Below, piece after piece: positions 53,651 through 63,897 of a stretch of DNA of 64,000 bases (position 1 is the stretch's first letter; the number at the start of each line of letters is the position of its first letter). The notes below the pieces were generated by a model. It was not told where the DNA came from and made no database searches. It was given only the letters and a program-made list of their open reading frames with translations. The position numbers were made by a program, and so were the translations under genes. This DNA comes from Deltaproteobacteria bacterium (lineage in GTDB: Bacteria > Desulfobacterota > Binatia > UBA9968 > JAJDTQ01). The stretch is from the NCBI GenBank assembly GCA_028818775.1, contig JAPPNE010000039.1, forward strand, positions 8 to 64,007. Reading direction: 5' to 3'.

Positions 53651-54934
53651 TCAACTCGATAGCGCTGTCAATATGGATCGACTGATTTCGAACAGTCGGT
53701 GATCCCGGCAACGATGCCCCACCAGTTGCAGCCCCACCGGCAGGCCGGAGGGTCCCTTGAAGAGCGGCAGCGTCACGCACGGGACGTGGGTCCAGGTCGC
53801 GAGGATGTTGAAGGCCGTGTCTCCGGTGTTGTCGAGACCCGCGGGCGCCTCGCCCGTGGCGCTGGGGGTGAGGAGCACGTCGAAGTCCTTGAGCGCCTCG
53901 TCCAGCCAGGCCCGGCACGCCGCCATGACCCGCTGCCCCTCCCGGTATTCCTCGTAGGAGACCACGGGCCAGTCCTTCATCTTCCCTTGCTGGAATTCGC
54001 TCAGCAGGTCGAAGTGGTGGGTGCGCTCCCACGTCAGCGCGCGTGAGATCTCGTAGTCGCTGACCCGGCGGCCCATGGGTTCGAACTCGGCGAAGGGTCC
54101 GCCCAGGTCGAGGTCCGACACCGCGGCGCCGGCCCTGGCGAGGTCGGCGGCGGCGCCTTCCACCAGCGCCTTGGTGTAGTCCAGCGCCTTGTCCCACAGG
54201 GGCGTGCGGCACAGGCCCACGCGCAGGTCCTTCACCGGGATCGGACTCAGCGGCAGCACCGGCTCGCCCGTCACCGCCGCCCGGAACAGCGGCAAGTCCT
54301 CCACCGCCCGGCCGAACAGCCCCACTGTGTCGAAGGAGCCCGTGTTCTCCTTGACCCCCTCGTTGCTGATCTCGCCGTAGCTGGGCTTGTAGGCCACGCA
54401 GCCGCAGAACGACGCCGGCCGGATCACCGACCCCAGGGTCTGGGTGCCGAAGGCCATGAAGGCCATGAAATCCCCCACAGCCGCGGCCGAGCCGCTGGAA
54501 GAGCCGCCCGGCGTATGCGTGGGGTCGTGGGGGTTCTTGGTCTTGCCCGGATGGCGGCTGGCGAACTCTGTGGTCACGGTCTTGCCCAGGAGTACGCCCC
54601 CGGCGGCGCGGGTGAGCGCCACGCACGCGGCGTCCGCCCTGGGCCGGAAGCCCTCCCAGATGGGCGAGCCGTAGCCCGTGGGCATGTCCGCGGTGTCCAT
54701 GATGTCCTTCACCGCGAACGGAAGGCCGTGCACCGCTCCGCGGCCGGGCGCACGGTCGCGCTCCCGCGCCTGCGCCAGCGAGTACTCCGGGTCCAGGCGC
54801 ATCCAGGCCTCCACCTCCGGTTCCCGTTCCTCGATGCGCTCCAGGCACGCCCGGGTCAACTCCTCGGAAGTGACCTCTCCCTTGGCGACGCGCGCCACTG
54901 CCTCGCTGGCCGAAAGTCTGCATAGATCGTTCAT
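53651..54934 (-). CDS. Amidase (amidase-signature family)
   Basis: GGSSSGSAAAV signature, Ser-cisSer-Lys triad and a GAGGA RBS before the ATG at 54934. Confidence 0.85.
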   Translation of the reverse strand: MNDLCRLSASEAVARVAKGEVTSEELTRACLERIEEREPEVEAWMRLDPEYSLAQARERDRAPGRGAVHGLPFAVKDIMDTADMPTGYGSPIWEGFRPRADAACVALTRAAGGVLLGKTVTTEFASRHPGKTKNPHDPTHTPGGSSSGSAAAVGDFMAFMAFGTQTLGSVIRPASFCGCVAYKPSYGEISNEGVKENTGSFDTVGLFGRAVEDLPLFRAAVTGEPVLPLSPIPVKDLRVGLCRTPLWDKALDYTKALVEGAAADLARAGAAVSDLDLGGPFAEFEPMGRRVSDYEISRALTWERTHHFDLLSEFQQGKMKDWPVVSYEEYREGQRVMAACRAWLDEALKDFDVLLTPSATGEAPAGLDNTGDTAFNILATWTHVPCVTLPLFKGPSGLPVGLQLVGHRCRDHRLFEISRSILTALSS

Positions 54935-55058
54935 CGGTGGTATCCTCTGGCTGTTGTCGTATGACGGTTGATGATGGAAACTCCCGCATAACACGTTTGC
55001 CGGCGCGTTTCGATTAACCAGACACCACACTAGGCCTTGCAGGAACAGGAGGCAGGAC

Positions 55059-55463
55059 ATGATCAAGACCAGGGGACTCTACCACAGCGGCATTCCCGTC
55101 AACGACATCGACCGGGCGGTGACCTTCTACCGCGACGTGCTGGGCATGGAGGTGGCCACCGTCGCCCGCGACGACCTCCGCGGACTCGGCCGCGCCGACA
55201 TGCGCTCCGGCAACAGCATCGTGGTGCTGTTCCAGCGCCCGAACCCCATCGACCGCGACGCCCTCGCCGAAGACGGCGTCACCCACCAGGCCTTCTACGT
55301 GGACAGCGACGACTTCGAGACCGCCGAGGAACGCATGCGCGAGGCCGGCGTCCGCATCCACGAGGTGCCGGTGGTGGAACGCCGCTCCGGCCGCGGCTTC
55401 TACTTCTTCGACCCCGACGGCAACCTGCTGCAGCTCTATGCGCCGCCGAAGAAGGCAGGATGA
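55059..55463 (+). CDS. VOC (glyoxalase/bleomycin-resistance/dioxygenase) family protein
   Basis: LYHSGIPVNDIDRAVTFYRDVLGM VOC N-terminus. Confidence 0.8.
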   Translation: MIKTRGLYHSGIPVNDIDRAVTFYRDVLGMEVATVARDDLRGLGRADMRSGNSIVVLFQRPNPIDRDALAEDGVTHQAFYVDSDDFETAEERMREAGVRIHEVPVVERRSGRGFYFFDPDGNLLQLYAPPKKAG

Positions 55464-55529
55464 GCCCACAGTGGACAAAAAAGTTGGCTGGTCATATAAT
55501 ATGTCCATTTCAGGAACTGGAGATCAACC

Positions 55530-55754
55530 ATGAAGACTATTGGGGCCGCAAAGTTCAAGGAGCAGTGTTTGGCACTGCTGGACAGCCTTGATGCCGACGG
55601 ATTGGTCGTTACCAAGCACGGTAAACCCGTGGCGCGGATAGTCCCCTACGATCATCAGTGCACCGACCTCATCGGCAGTCTCCGCCACAAGATCGCGATC
55701 AAGGGCGATATCTTCAGTACGGATGTTCGCTGGGACGCGGATGCTCAATCTTGA
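55530..55754 (+). CDS. Type II antitoxin, Phd/YefM family
   Basis: MKTIGAAKFKEQCLALLDSL...HGKPVARIVP; overlaps the downstream PIN gene by 14 nt. Confidence 0.75.
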   Translation: MKTIGAAKFKEQCLALLDSLDADGLVVTKHGKPVARIVPYDHQCTDLIGSLRHKIAIKGDIFSTDVRWDADAQS

Positions 55755-56103
55755 TACGCACATCCTGGTCCTGGCGATCAACGGTGAACTCCGGCCGTCC
55801 GAGCAGGCAGCGTTGTCCCGGAACCCGTGGTCTGTTTCCGCTATCGTGCTGTGGGAGTTGGCCAAGCTCGTTCAACTCGGCCGATTGGACATGGACCTCG
55901 ACGACCGTGAGGTGGTCCGGGTCCTCAACCGTCTGCGGGTGTGGCCCATCGATCTCGCGGTTGCCCGAACCTCGACCCGGCTTGACTTCAGAAGCGATCC
56001 CGCGGACGAGATCATAGCCGCCACCAGTGTCGTTCACCATGTACCGTTGGTGACACGCGACCGCGTCATGCGTCGTTCGAAGGTTGTCCCGCTTGCCGGG
56101 TAG
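55741..56103 (+). CDS. vapC: PIN-domain VapC toxin
   Basis: MLNLDTHILV...WELAKL...TRD PIN acidic residues; locally lower GC. Confidence 0.8.
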   Translation: MLNLDTHILVLAINGELRPSEQAALSRNPWSVSAIVLWELAKLVQLGRLDMDLDDREVVRVLNRLRVWPIDLAVARTSTRLDFRSDPADEIIAATSVVHHVPLVTRDRVMRRSKVVPLAG

Positions 56104-56107
56104 GCGT

Positions 56108-57787
56108 CTACCCCTCCCGCCGCGACACCAGCAGGTGCAGACCCAATGACAGGGCGAGCATGAGCACGCCGATGACGGCGCCGATGCCGAAGGAGCCTTC
56201 GTCGAAGGCGCGCTGGAAGAGCAGGGTGGAGAGTACCTCGTTGCCGTAGGTGAAGAGGATGATGGCGCCGGCGAACTCCCGCAGATAGATCTGGAAGAGC
56301 AGGATCCACACCGAGAAGAGGCCGCCGCGCAGGAACGGGATGACGATGCGTATGATGGTGCCCAGGGCGCTGGCGCCGGAGGTCCAGGACGCTTCCTCGA
56401 ATTCCTTGTGGAACTGGAACAGGAACGGGCTCAGGGTCCGGAGCGCGAACGGCAGGTAGTTGCCGATGAAGTAGAGCAGCAGGATCCACAGGGTGCCGTA
56501 GACGGGGGTCTTGATGTAGGCCCACACGAAGCCCACGGCCAGGATGGTGCCGGGGAAGGCCAGCGGCAGCATGGCGGCGGCCTCGATGGGTCCCTTGAGC
56601 TTGACCCCGCTGCGTACCAGCAGATAGCCGACGCCCAGCGCGATCAGCACCGTGGCGGTGGCCCCGGTCAAGCACAGGATCATGGTGTTGGTGAGCGCGC
56701 GCCAGAACACCGTGTCCTCCAGGGCGGATTCCCAGTGCCGGAGGGTGAGCTGGGTCAGCAGGTCGAGGCTCGGGGAGGCCACGAACTGCGAGAAGGAGAG
56801 CAGCACGATCACCAGCGCGGGCAGCAGGATGACCACGGCGAAGTAGAACGAGCAGCACACCAGGGCGACGTAGCGCCACCCGCCCAGGCGGTGGACGTTC
56901 TCGGGCCTGGCCTTGCCGGTGACCGTGACGAAGCTCTCGGCGCGCCGCACCAGGTGACGGTAGAGGAACAGCGACAGCAGGCTCAGGGGGATCACCATCA
57001 TGGCCAGCGCCGCGGCGGTGTTGTAGTAGATCAGCGACTGGTAGTCGGAGGCGATGAGGTTGAAGATGGCCGAGGTGAAGACGAAGATGCCGCCGGGCGC
57101 GCCGATGATGATGGGCACTTCCAGCGTGATGAGGCCGATGACGAAGACCAGCAGGAACGAGGACAGGATCAGCGGCCGCAGCACCGGCAGGGTCACGCGG
57201 CGCAGCGTTCCCATGACCGTGTTGCCGCAGGCGATGGACTGCTCTTCCAGCGATGGGTCCATGAGCCGGAACGCGTTCAGGGCGATGAGGAACACGATGG
57301 GCGACTCGTACAGCACCATGATGAAGATCATCCCCGGGAACGAGTAGATGTTGAACAGGTTGGCGCCGAAGGTCTCGCGGAAAAGCACGTTGATCACGCC
57401 GATGCGCGGACTCAGGAGCAGGATCCAGGCCAGGGCGGCGATGATCACCGGGAAGGCCCGGGGCACGATGCCGAGCTTGGCGAACACCCGGCCGTAGGGC
57501 ATGTCGGTGCGCTCCACCAGGAACGCCATGGTAACGCCCAGCAGGACGGAGATGGCGGCCGTCATGAAGGCGAACACCAGCGAGTTGAAGACCAGCGTGG
57601 GGATGTCCGCCGGGATGCTGATGGTGAGGGCGCGGATCCAGTTGGCCAGGGTGACGTGACCCGGAGCCACCGGCGAGGCCGACCAGAAGCTTCCGAACAC
57701 CAGCGCCGCCACGGGGACGAGGATGACGACGGCGATGACCACCATCAGGATGGCGTACACGGTCCGCATGGCGTTCTCGGTGTGCAT
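56108..57787 (-). CDS. ABC transporter permease with duplicated BPD_transp_1 domains (iron(III)/thiamine-type)
   Basis: About 12 TM helices and two EAA-like loops. No ATPase or binding-protein gene is adjacent in the window. Confidence 0.8.
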   Translation of the reverse strand: MHTENAMRTVYAILMVVIAVVILVPVAALVFGSFWSASPVAPGHVTLANWIRALTISIPADIPTLVFNSLVFAFMTAAISVLLGVTMAFLVERTDMPYGRVFAKLGIVPRAFPVIIAALAWILLLSPRIGVINVLFRETFGANLFNIYSFPGMIFIMVLYESPIVFLIALNAFRLMDPSLEEQSIACGNTVMGTLRRVTLPVLRPLILSSFLLVFVIGLITLEVPIIIGAPGGIFVFTSAIFNLIASDYQSLIYYNTAAALAMMVIPLSLLSLFLYRHLVRRAESFVTVTGKARPENVHRLGGWRYVALVCCSFYFAVVILLPALVIVLLSFSQFVASPSLDLLTQLTLRHWESALEDTVFWRALTNTMILCLTGATATVLIALGVGYLLVRSGVKLKGPIEAAAMLPLAFPGTILAVGFVWAYIKTPVYGTLWILLLYFIGNYLPFALRTLSPFLFQFHKEFEEASWTSGASALGTIIRIVIPFLRGGLFSVWILLFQIYLREFAGAIILFTYGNEVLSTLLFQRAFDEGSFGIGAVIGVLMLALSLGLHLLVSRREG

Positions 57788-57906
57788 GCGCCGGTCTCCG
57801 TTGTTCGTTGCCGTTCCCGGGGCGTTCCCCCTGGAATGTCACGTCACTTGGTCCGCTCCCGTGGACACTTCGTTCCCTTGCGCGGTCAACCCGCGCGCAT
57901 CCCCGG

Positions 57907-58635
57907 CTACGCGGTGCGCAAGAGGAATAGCTGGCCCGAGATGTAGCGCGCGGCGTCCGATATCAGGTAACGGATCAACCCCGTGATCTCGTCCTTCTGG
58001 GTAAAGCCTCCGAGGAGCGGAGACGTGGCCTGCTTCCGGGACCACTGCTCTTCGGACATGCCCGCCCGAGCCATGTCGGTCTCGGTGGCGCCGGGTCCGA
58101 TGGCGTTGGCGGTGACGTTGTAGGGCGCCAGCTCGATGGCCAGGGTCTTGGTGAAGGTGATGACCCCGCCCTTGGACGCCGCGTAGTGGGAGCCCATGGC
58201 CTGACCCGTGACCCCCCGGCCGGAGGCCACGTTGATGATGCGGCCCGATTTGCGCTCGGCCATGTGGCGCCCCGCCGCCTGGGAGCACAGGAAGAGCCCG
58301 GTCAGGTTGATGCGGATGACCCGTTCCCATTCCTCTGCCGGCATGTCGAGCACGGGGCAGCGCTTGATGACCCCGGCGGCGTTGAGCTGCACGTCGATGT
58401 GGCCGTACTTGTCGATGGCTGCCGCGATCATGCCGTCCACGCTGGTCTTGTCGCCCACGTCCACCGGCACGGCCAGGGCCTGGCCGCCGGCCTTTTCGAT
58501 GTCCGCGACCAGCGCCTGCGCGCCCTCGCCGTTGAAATCGGCCACGACCACGCTGTGTCCGTCCTCCGCCAGCGCCCGGCAGATGGCCGACCCGATGCCG
58601 CCCGCGCCCCCGGTTACCACCACGACTTGTGACAT
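57907..58635 (-). CDS. SDR family oxidoreductase (paralog A)
   Basis: TGGAGGIG, NAAG and YAASK motifs, with a GGGAGG RBS. Confidence 0.85.
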   Translation of the reverse strand: MSQVVVVTGGAGGIGSAICRALAEDGHSVVVADFNGEGAQALVADIEKAGGQALAVPVDVGDKTSVDGMIAAAIDKYGHIDVQLNAAGVIKRCPVLDMPAEEWERVIRINLTGLFLCSQAAGRHMAERKSGRIINVASGRGVTGQAMGSHYAASKGGVITFTKTLAIELAPYNVTANAIGPGATETDMARAGMSEEQWSRKQATSPLLGGFTQKDEITGLIRYLISDAARYISGQLFLLRTA

Positions 58636-58674
58636 GTCACCTCCCGGAAAAAGGACGCATTTCAAACCCAGCCG

Positions 58675-59403
58675 CTACGGCGTCCGCAGCAGGAACGTCT
58701 GGCCGGTGATGTACCGCGCCGCGTCGGACACGAGATAGCGCACCAGGCCCGTGATCTCGTCCTTCTGCGTCAGCCCGCCGTGCAGCGGGTCCAGGGCCAG
58801 GATGGCCTGCCACTGTTCCTCGGTGTAGCCGGCCCGGGCCATGGGCGTTTCGGCGCGTCCGGGGCAGATGTTGTTGACCAGGATGTTGTCCTCGGCGACC
58901 TCAACGGCCATGGTCTTGGTGAACGCGATGACGCCGGCCTTGGAGGCCGCGTAGTGCGCCGATCGAGGGGCGCCGGCGATGCCGCGCCCGGAGGCCACGT
59001 TGAGGATGCGCCCGCCCTGGCGCGCGCGCATGGCCGCGGCCGCGGCCTGGCTGCACAGGAACACGCCGCGCAGGTTCACCCGGATCACCCGGTCCCACTC
59101 CTCCTCGGTCATCTCGGCGATGGGAAAACGGCTCATGAGGCCCGCGAAGTTGATCTGCACGTCGAGCTGCCCGTAGGCGTCGACGGCGCTCTGCACCATG
59201 GCTTCGACGCTCTGCTTGTCGCCGACGTCCACGCCCACCGCCGTGGCCTCCTTGCCCTCGGACTTGAGTCGGGCGGCCAGCGCCTCCGCGTCGTCCTTCC
59301 TGAAATCGGCGACCACCACCCGAAGCCCGTCTTCCGCCAGCGCGGCGCAGACCTCGGATCCCAGGCCTCCGGCACCTCCGGTTACTATAGCGACATCGGC
59401 CAT
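58675..59403 (-). CDS. SDR family oxidoreductase (paralog B, tandem duplicate)
   Basis: TGGAGGLG and YAASK motifs; alignable over its whole length to 57907-58635. Confidence 0.85.
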   Translation of the reverse strand: MADVAIVTGGAGGLGSEVCAALAEDGLRVVVADFRKDDAEALAARLKSEGKEATAVGVDVGDKQSVEAMVQSAVDAYGQLDVQINFAGLMSRFPIAEMTEEEWDRVIRVNLRGVFLCSQAAAAAMRARQGGRILNVASGRGIAGAPRSAHYAASKAGVIAFTKTMAVEVAEDNILVNNICPGRAETPMARAGYTEEQWQAILALDPLHGGLTQKDEITGLVRYLVSDAARYITGQTFLLRTP

Positions 59404-59552
59404 GCGTTCACGTTCCTCCTTGTTTGCGGTTCAAGCCTGGCGCACGGTGCCGCGTACGATCGAACGGTGCCCGTCCAAGCCAGCCGATCCATATCCCGGC
59501 GTGGATCGAAAAGCAACCCGGAACCCAGGTTGTGTCGATCAATGCCGGTGGC

Positions 59553-60917
59553 TCACCCGCCGCGCCCGGCGTGGTACGCGGCGAACGCGCCCTCCCACCG
59601 GCGGCTGAAGAGGCGCCACAGGTTCGCGGCAACCCGCTGCACCATGAACAGGCTGAACCCCGCCCACACCCCGAACAGGCCCAGTTCCAGGTGATAGGCG
59701 AGGCCGGTGAGCGGCACGAACAGCAGGAGGCCGCCCGCCAGCATGGCCCACATGAGAAAGCGCGTGTCGTGGGCGCCCAGGATGAAGCCGTCCAGGGCGA
59801 ACGCGATGCCGTTCAGGGGCTGAAACACCGCCAGCAGCAGGAAGGCCTCGGTCCGGACCACCCCTTTCACCGCCTCCGAGGCGGTGAAGAGCGCCAGAAG
59901 CGGTTCCTGCAGCGTCAGGTAGGCGGCGCCGAACACGGCGCCGCCGGCGCAGCCCCAGACGAGCAGCATGCGGCCGAGGCGCCGCGCCCGGCCGACGTCG
60001 CCGGCTCCCAGGTGCCGTGCCACCAGCGTCTGACCGGCCACCGCGAGACCGTCGATGGTGTCGGAGCAGAAGATGAAGAGCTGGAAGACGATCTCGTAGG
60101 CGGCCAGATACACCGGCCCCATGCGCGCCACCATGGCGGTTGCGAACACCAGCGAGAGCCGGAGGCCGGCGGTGCGCACGGCCAGGTGTCCGGCGATCCG
60201 GGAGATGTTGCGGAACCGGCGCAGGTGAAGCTTCCGGCTCATCAGTTGGTAGAGGCCCGTGTAGTCCGAGAAGAACAGGAGCCGCATGTACAACAAGATG
60301 CCCAGGGCGTGCCCGGCCACCGCCGCCACCGCCGCGCCCCGCAGGCCCAGGGCCGGAAACCCGAAGCCGCCGTAGATCAGCGCATAGTCCAGCACGATGT
60401 TGACGCCGCTCATGAGGAACGCCACCAGCATGGGCGAGAACGTGTTCTGGATGCCCCGCAGGAAGCCCACCGCCGCGTAGATGGAGAAGAGCATCGGTAT
60501 GGTGGCGCAGCGGATGCGGAAGTAGGGTACTCCCTGGGCGGCCACTGCCGGGGTGGCCCCCATGAGGGCATAGAGCTCGGCGGCGAACAGGAACAGGAGG
60601 GAGGCTACCGCGAGCCCGCCGCCGACACCGAGCACCAGGGCGTGCCGGAAGATCTCGCCGCAGGCCGCGTAGTTGCGCGAGCCGTACTGGCTGGCCACGA
60701 GGCTCGTGGTGCCAAAGATGAGGAACGCGAATATCCAGACCACCGCGCCGATGAGGCTCGTGGCGATGGCCTTGGCGGCCAGCGGCTCCACCCCCAGGTG
60801 GCCGATCATGGCCGTGTCGGCGATGTTCAGGACCGGTTCGCTGGCAATGGCCAGGGAGGCCGGGACGGCCAGCCGCAGCAGCTCCCGTCCGTCCGGCGCC
60901 GGAGCCTCGGGCGCCAC
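59553..60917 (-). CDS. MATE family efflux transporter
   Basis: 12-TM MATE topology; GTG start. Confidence 0.8.
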   Translation of the reverse strand: MAPEAPAPDGRELLRLAVPASLAIASEPVLNIADTAMIGHLGVEPLAAKAIATSLIGAVVWIFAFLIFGTTSLVASQYGSRNYAACGEIFRHALVLGVGGGLAVASLLFLFAAELYALMGATPAVAAQGVPYFRIRCATIPMLFSIYAAVGFLRGIQNTFSPMLVAFLMSGVNIVLDYALIYGGFGFPALGLRGAAVAAVAGHALGILLYMRLLFFSDYTGLYQLMSRKLHLRRFRNISRIAGHLAVRTAGLRLSLVFATAMVARMGPVYLAAYEIVFQLFIFCSDTIDGLAVAGQTLVARHLGAGDVGRARRLGRMLLVWGCAGGAVFGAAYLTLQEPLLALFTASEAVKGVVRTEAFLLLAVFQPLNGIAFALDGFILGAHDTRFLMWAMLAGGLLLFVPLTGLAYHLELGLFGVWAGFSLFMVQRVAANLWRLFSRRWEGAFAAYHAGRGG

Positions 60918-60930
60918 GGCGCCATGCGGG

Positions 60931-61335
60931 CTAGAAATGACCCGGCCCGCCTTGCGTGTAGATGCGGACGCGCGCGCTCGCCCGGTCGAAACGCCGCCGC
61001 AGCCAGCGCTTGAACGCGTTCCGGGTGATCGGGATGAGCATAAGGAAGCCGAAGGCGTCGGTAAGGATCCCGGGAGTGATCAGCAGGAGGCCCGCCACCA
61101 GGATGATCACTCCGTCCAGCATCTCTTCCGCCGGGACGATGCCCTGGCTGAGGTTCCGCTGGATCTGCCCCAGGGTCCGCAGCCCTTCCAGCTTGGCGAG
61201 GAACGCCCCCACCACGCCTGTGCCCAGCACCAGGAGGATGGTGTTGAGGCCGCCGATGATCGAGCCCACCTCGATGAGGAGGTAAAGCTCCACCAGGGGG
61301 ACGACGGTGAACAGCAGCAGGAGTCGCGTGAACAT
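60931..61335 (-). CDS. fxsA: FxsA family membrane protein
   Basis: MFTRLLLLFTVVPLVELYLLIEVG followed by a basic C-terminal tail. Confidence 0.8.
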   Translation of the reverse strand: MFTRLLLLFTVVPLVELYLLIEVGSIIGGLNTILLVLGTGVVGAFLAKLEGLRTLGQIQRNLSQGIVPAEEMLDGVIILVAGLLLITPGILTDAFGFLMLIPITRNAFKRWLRRRFDRASARVRIYTQGGPGHF

Positions 61336-61502
61336 GAATTCCAGGCTACCGCAACGGGTCCACGACATCCAGGAAGAAAAGGGAAGACGTTGGGGTAACG
61401 TGGCAAAGGCTGCCAATGACATATCGTTTCCCCGCGCCCCTTGGGGCGTGACCCGGTCCTGACCACGCCACGACGCAGGTACAACAATAGTATGTCGGTT
61501 TC

Positions 61503-62393
61503 CTATTGGAACAGCGCCGGATGAATCAGCCGCGCCAGAATCTCCAGTCCGTCCACCAGGCGGGGTCCGGGACGGTTGAAGAACTTGGAGCCGTCGACCG
61601 CGAACACCTGTCCGTTGGCAACGGCCGGAACGGCTTGCCACGCGGGCAGGTCCTTCAGCGGTTCCCATTCCCTGAGTGTGCGGGATTCGTCGAAGCCGCA
61701 GGGCATCAGCACCATGACCTCCGGCGCCGCTTCCGACAGGGTCTCCATGGACACTCGGGCCGAAGGCTCGTGTTTTGCTGCCAGGACGTCCGTCCCGCCG
61801 GCAAGCTCCACCATCTCGGGCACCCAGTGGCCGGCGGCGTACAAGGGGTCCAGCCACTCAAGACAGGCCACCCGCGGCCTGACGGAGCCTTCCGGTACCT
61901 TGGCGGCGACGCGCTCCACCCGCTCCCGGAGGCCTCCGACCAGAGTTTCCGCTCGACCCGAGGTTCCGGTGGCGTTTCCAACCCGCGCGATGTCCGACAA
62001 CACCTCCCCAAGGGAACTCGGTGAAAGCGACAGCACCCTCGCCGGTGGCTTCAGCGTGCCGGCGGCGGCCATGACGTCGTCGTAGCCCACGGCGCAGACG
62101 TCGCAGAGGCCCTGGGTGACGATGAGGTCGGGGTTGAGGCGCCGCAGGAGCTCAAGGTCGAGGCCGTAAAGGCTCTCTCCACGGCTCAACGTGCGTTGCA
62201 CCCTGTCGTCGATCTGGCGGCTGGTGGAGCTGTCCGAGTCGATGCGACCGCGAACCACCACGGGCTTCTCCCGGGCCTCCGCGGGGTAGTCGCATTCATG
62301 GCTGACGGCCGTCACCGAGTCGCCCAGGCCCAGCGCGAAGGCGATCTCGGTCGCGCTCGGCAGGAGAGTGCAGATACGCATGTTTTCAGTCAT
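61503..62393 (-). CDS. Periplasmic-binding-protein-like (BtuF/siderophore-type) protein without signal peptide
   Basis: PBP-type II fold motifs, Cys-containing, no N-terminal signal. Start 62393 or 62381. Confidence 0.65.
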   Translation of the reverse strand: MTENMRICTLLPSATEIAFALGLGDSVTAVSHECDYPAEAREKPVVVRGRIDSDSSTSRQIDDRVQRTLSRGESLYGLDLELLRRLNPDLIVTQGLCDVCAVGYDDVMAAAGTLKPPARVLSLSPSSLGEVLSDIARVGNATGTSGRAETLVGGLRERVERVAAKVPEGSVRPRVACLEWLDPLYAAGHWVPEMVELAGGTDVLAAKHEPSARVSMETLSEAAPEVMVLMPCGFDESRTLREWEPLKDLPAWQAVPAVANGQVFAVDGSKFFNRPGPRLVDGLEILARLIHPALFQ

Positions 62394-62552
62394 AGGAGAC
62401 CCGAAGGGAGTTTGCAACGGAACCACGCCGCCCCCCTGTCCGTCCGCGCGGGCTTGAAAGGCGCATCGCGGTGGTCTATCTTTACTGGCGGCTTGTATGT
62501 TACACGCCACCAGGATCGCGGTTTCGCCGACGGGTTCACCCAGGAGGTTTCG

Positions 62553-63053
62553 ATGCCGATAACCAACAGTCTTCCCGAGACGGTCTTCACCACCCGGGTC
62601 GACGATCTGTTGAACTGGGGCAGGGCGTCGTCCCAGTGGTACATGCTGTTCGGGCTGGCCTGTTGCGCCATCGAGCTCATGCAGACCGGCGGCCCCCGCG
62701 CGGACCTCGACCGGTTCGGTTGCGTGCCGCGGGCCACGCCGCGCCAGTCGGACCTGATGATCGTGGCCGGCACCTTGACCTACAAGATGGCCAAGCGCAC
62801 CCGGCTGCTCTACGACCAGATGCCCGATCCCAAGTACGTCATCTCCATGGGAAGCTGCTCCAACTGCGGCGGGCTGTTCCAGATGGCCTACTCGGTATGC
62901 AAGGGCGTCGACAAGATCGTGCCGGTGGACGTGTACGTCCCGGGTTGCCCGCCGCGCCCCGAGGCCCTGACCGAAGGGCTCTTGCGGATACAGGACAAGG
63001 TCATGCGCGAGCGCTGGCTGGTCAAGGGCTCCGCGGCGGCCGAGGCGCGCTGA
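62553..63053 (+). CDS. NuoB-like [4Fe-4S] subunit (NADH:quinone oxidoreductase 20-kDa / hydrogenase small-subunit family), stand-alone
   Basis: [19 protein letters not shown] and [11 protein letters not shown] cluster-N2 cysteines, with a CAGGAGG RBS. Confidence 0.8.
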   Translation: MPITNSLPETVFTTRVDDLLNWGRASSQWYMLFGLACCAIELMQTGGPRADLDRFGCVPRATPRQSDLMIVAGTLTYKMAKRTRLLYDQMPDPKYVISMGSCSNCGGLFQMAYSVCKGVDKIVPVDVYVPGCPPRPEALTEGLLRIQDKVMRERWLVKGSAAAEAR

Positions 63054-63173
63054 GGCACGAGGCACCGCGGCGGCGTCCTCGCCGCGGTCCGTTCACTTCA
63101 AGTCAATCGGATACAGGCGGCGGCGGTCCGGCGCACCTTGCGGCCGATCGGAGGATCCGAAGGGAGGAAACGC

Positions 63174-63482
63174 ATGGCTGAGTATGTCAAGGTCGCGACC
63201 ACCGAGGAGGTGGAGCCCGGCAAGCCGAAGCTGGTGGAGGTCAACGGCCGTCGGGTCGCGCTGTTCAACGTGGAAGGGTCCTTCTACGCCATCGACGACA
63301 TCTGCACCCATCGCGGCGCGCCGTTGTCCGAGGGAGAGGTCATGGGCAAGGAAATCCAGTGCCCGTGGCACGGAGCCATGTTCGACGTCACCACGGGCGA
63401 GGCCTCGGGTCCCCCCGCCGACGTGGGTGTCGACAAGTTCAACGTGCGCGTTTCCGGGTCCGATATCGAGGTCGAGATCTGA
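63174..63482 (+). CDS. Rieske [2Fe-2S] ferredoxin-like protein
   Basis: CTHRG...CPWHG Rieske motif and an AGGGAGG RBS. Confidence 0.85.
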   Translation: MAEYVKVATTEEVEPGKPKLVEVNGRRVALFNVEGSFYAIDDICTHRGAPLSEGEVMGKEIQCPWHGAMFDVTTGEASGPPADVGVDKFNVRVSGSDIEVEI

Positions 63483-63540
63483 CGCGCCGCCCGTGCGCCG
63501 GCGGCCCGTTCCGGTGAGCAAGTCTCCACAAGGGAGGTAC

Positions 63541-63870
63541 ATGACGATGGCGGATGACGTTCGCAGCAGAATCGAAGAGCAGGTGAAGAACAACCGGGTG
63601 ATGGTCTTCATGAAGGGCACCCCGAACTTTCCCCAGTGCGGCTTCTCCGCCCACACGGTGGAGATCCTGCGCGCCCACAACGCGGAGTTCGAGAGCTTCG
63701 ACGTGCTGTCGGACCCGGCGGTCCGGGAGGGCGTCAAGCAGTACTCGAACTGGCCCACCATCCCGCAGGTCTACATCGACGGCCAGTTCGTGGGCGGCTG
63801 CGACATCGTCCACGAGCTGCACGAGCGGGGGGAGCTGGACGCGCTGCTCAGCCCGGCCGCCAAAGAGTAG
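63541..63870 (+). CDS. Monothiol glutaredoxin (Grx4 family, CGFS)
   Basis: CGFS active site, WPTIPQ and GGCD motifs, and an AGGGAGG RBS. Confidence 0.9.
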   Translation: MTMADDVRSRIEEQVKNNRVMVFMKGTPNFPQCGFSAHTVEILRAHNAEFESFDVLSDPAVREGVKQYSNWPTIPQVYIDGQFVGGCDIVHELHERGELDALLSPAAKE

Positions 63871-63897
63871 CCGAACGGGGAGAAATCCACGGCTTCC

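Noticed and set aside
62394-62552. Possible cobalamin riboswitch upstream of the PBP-like (BtuF-type) gene
   Set aside because: No B12-box (GCCACUG) or other conserved cobalamin-riboswitch features on either strand.
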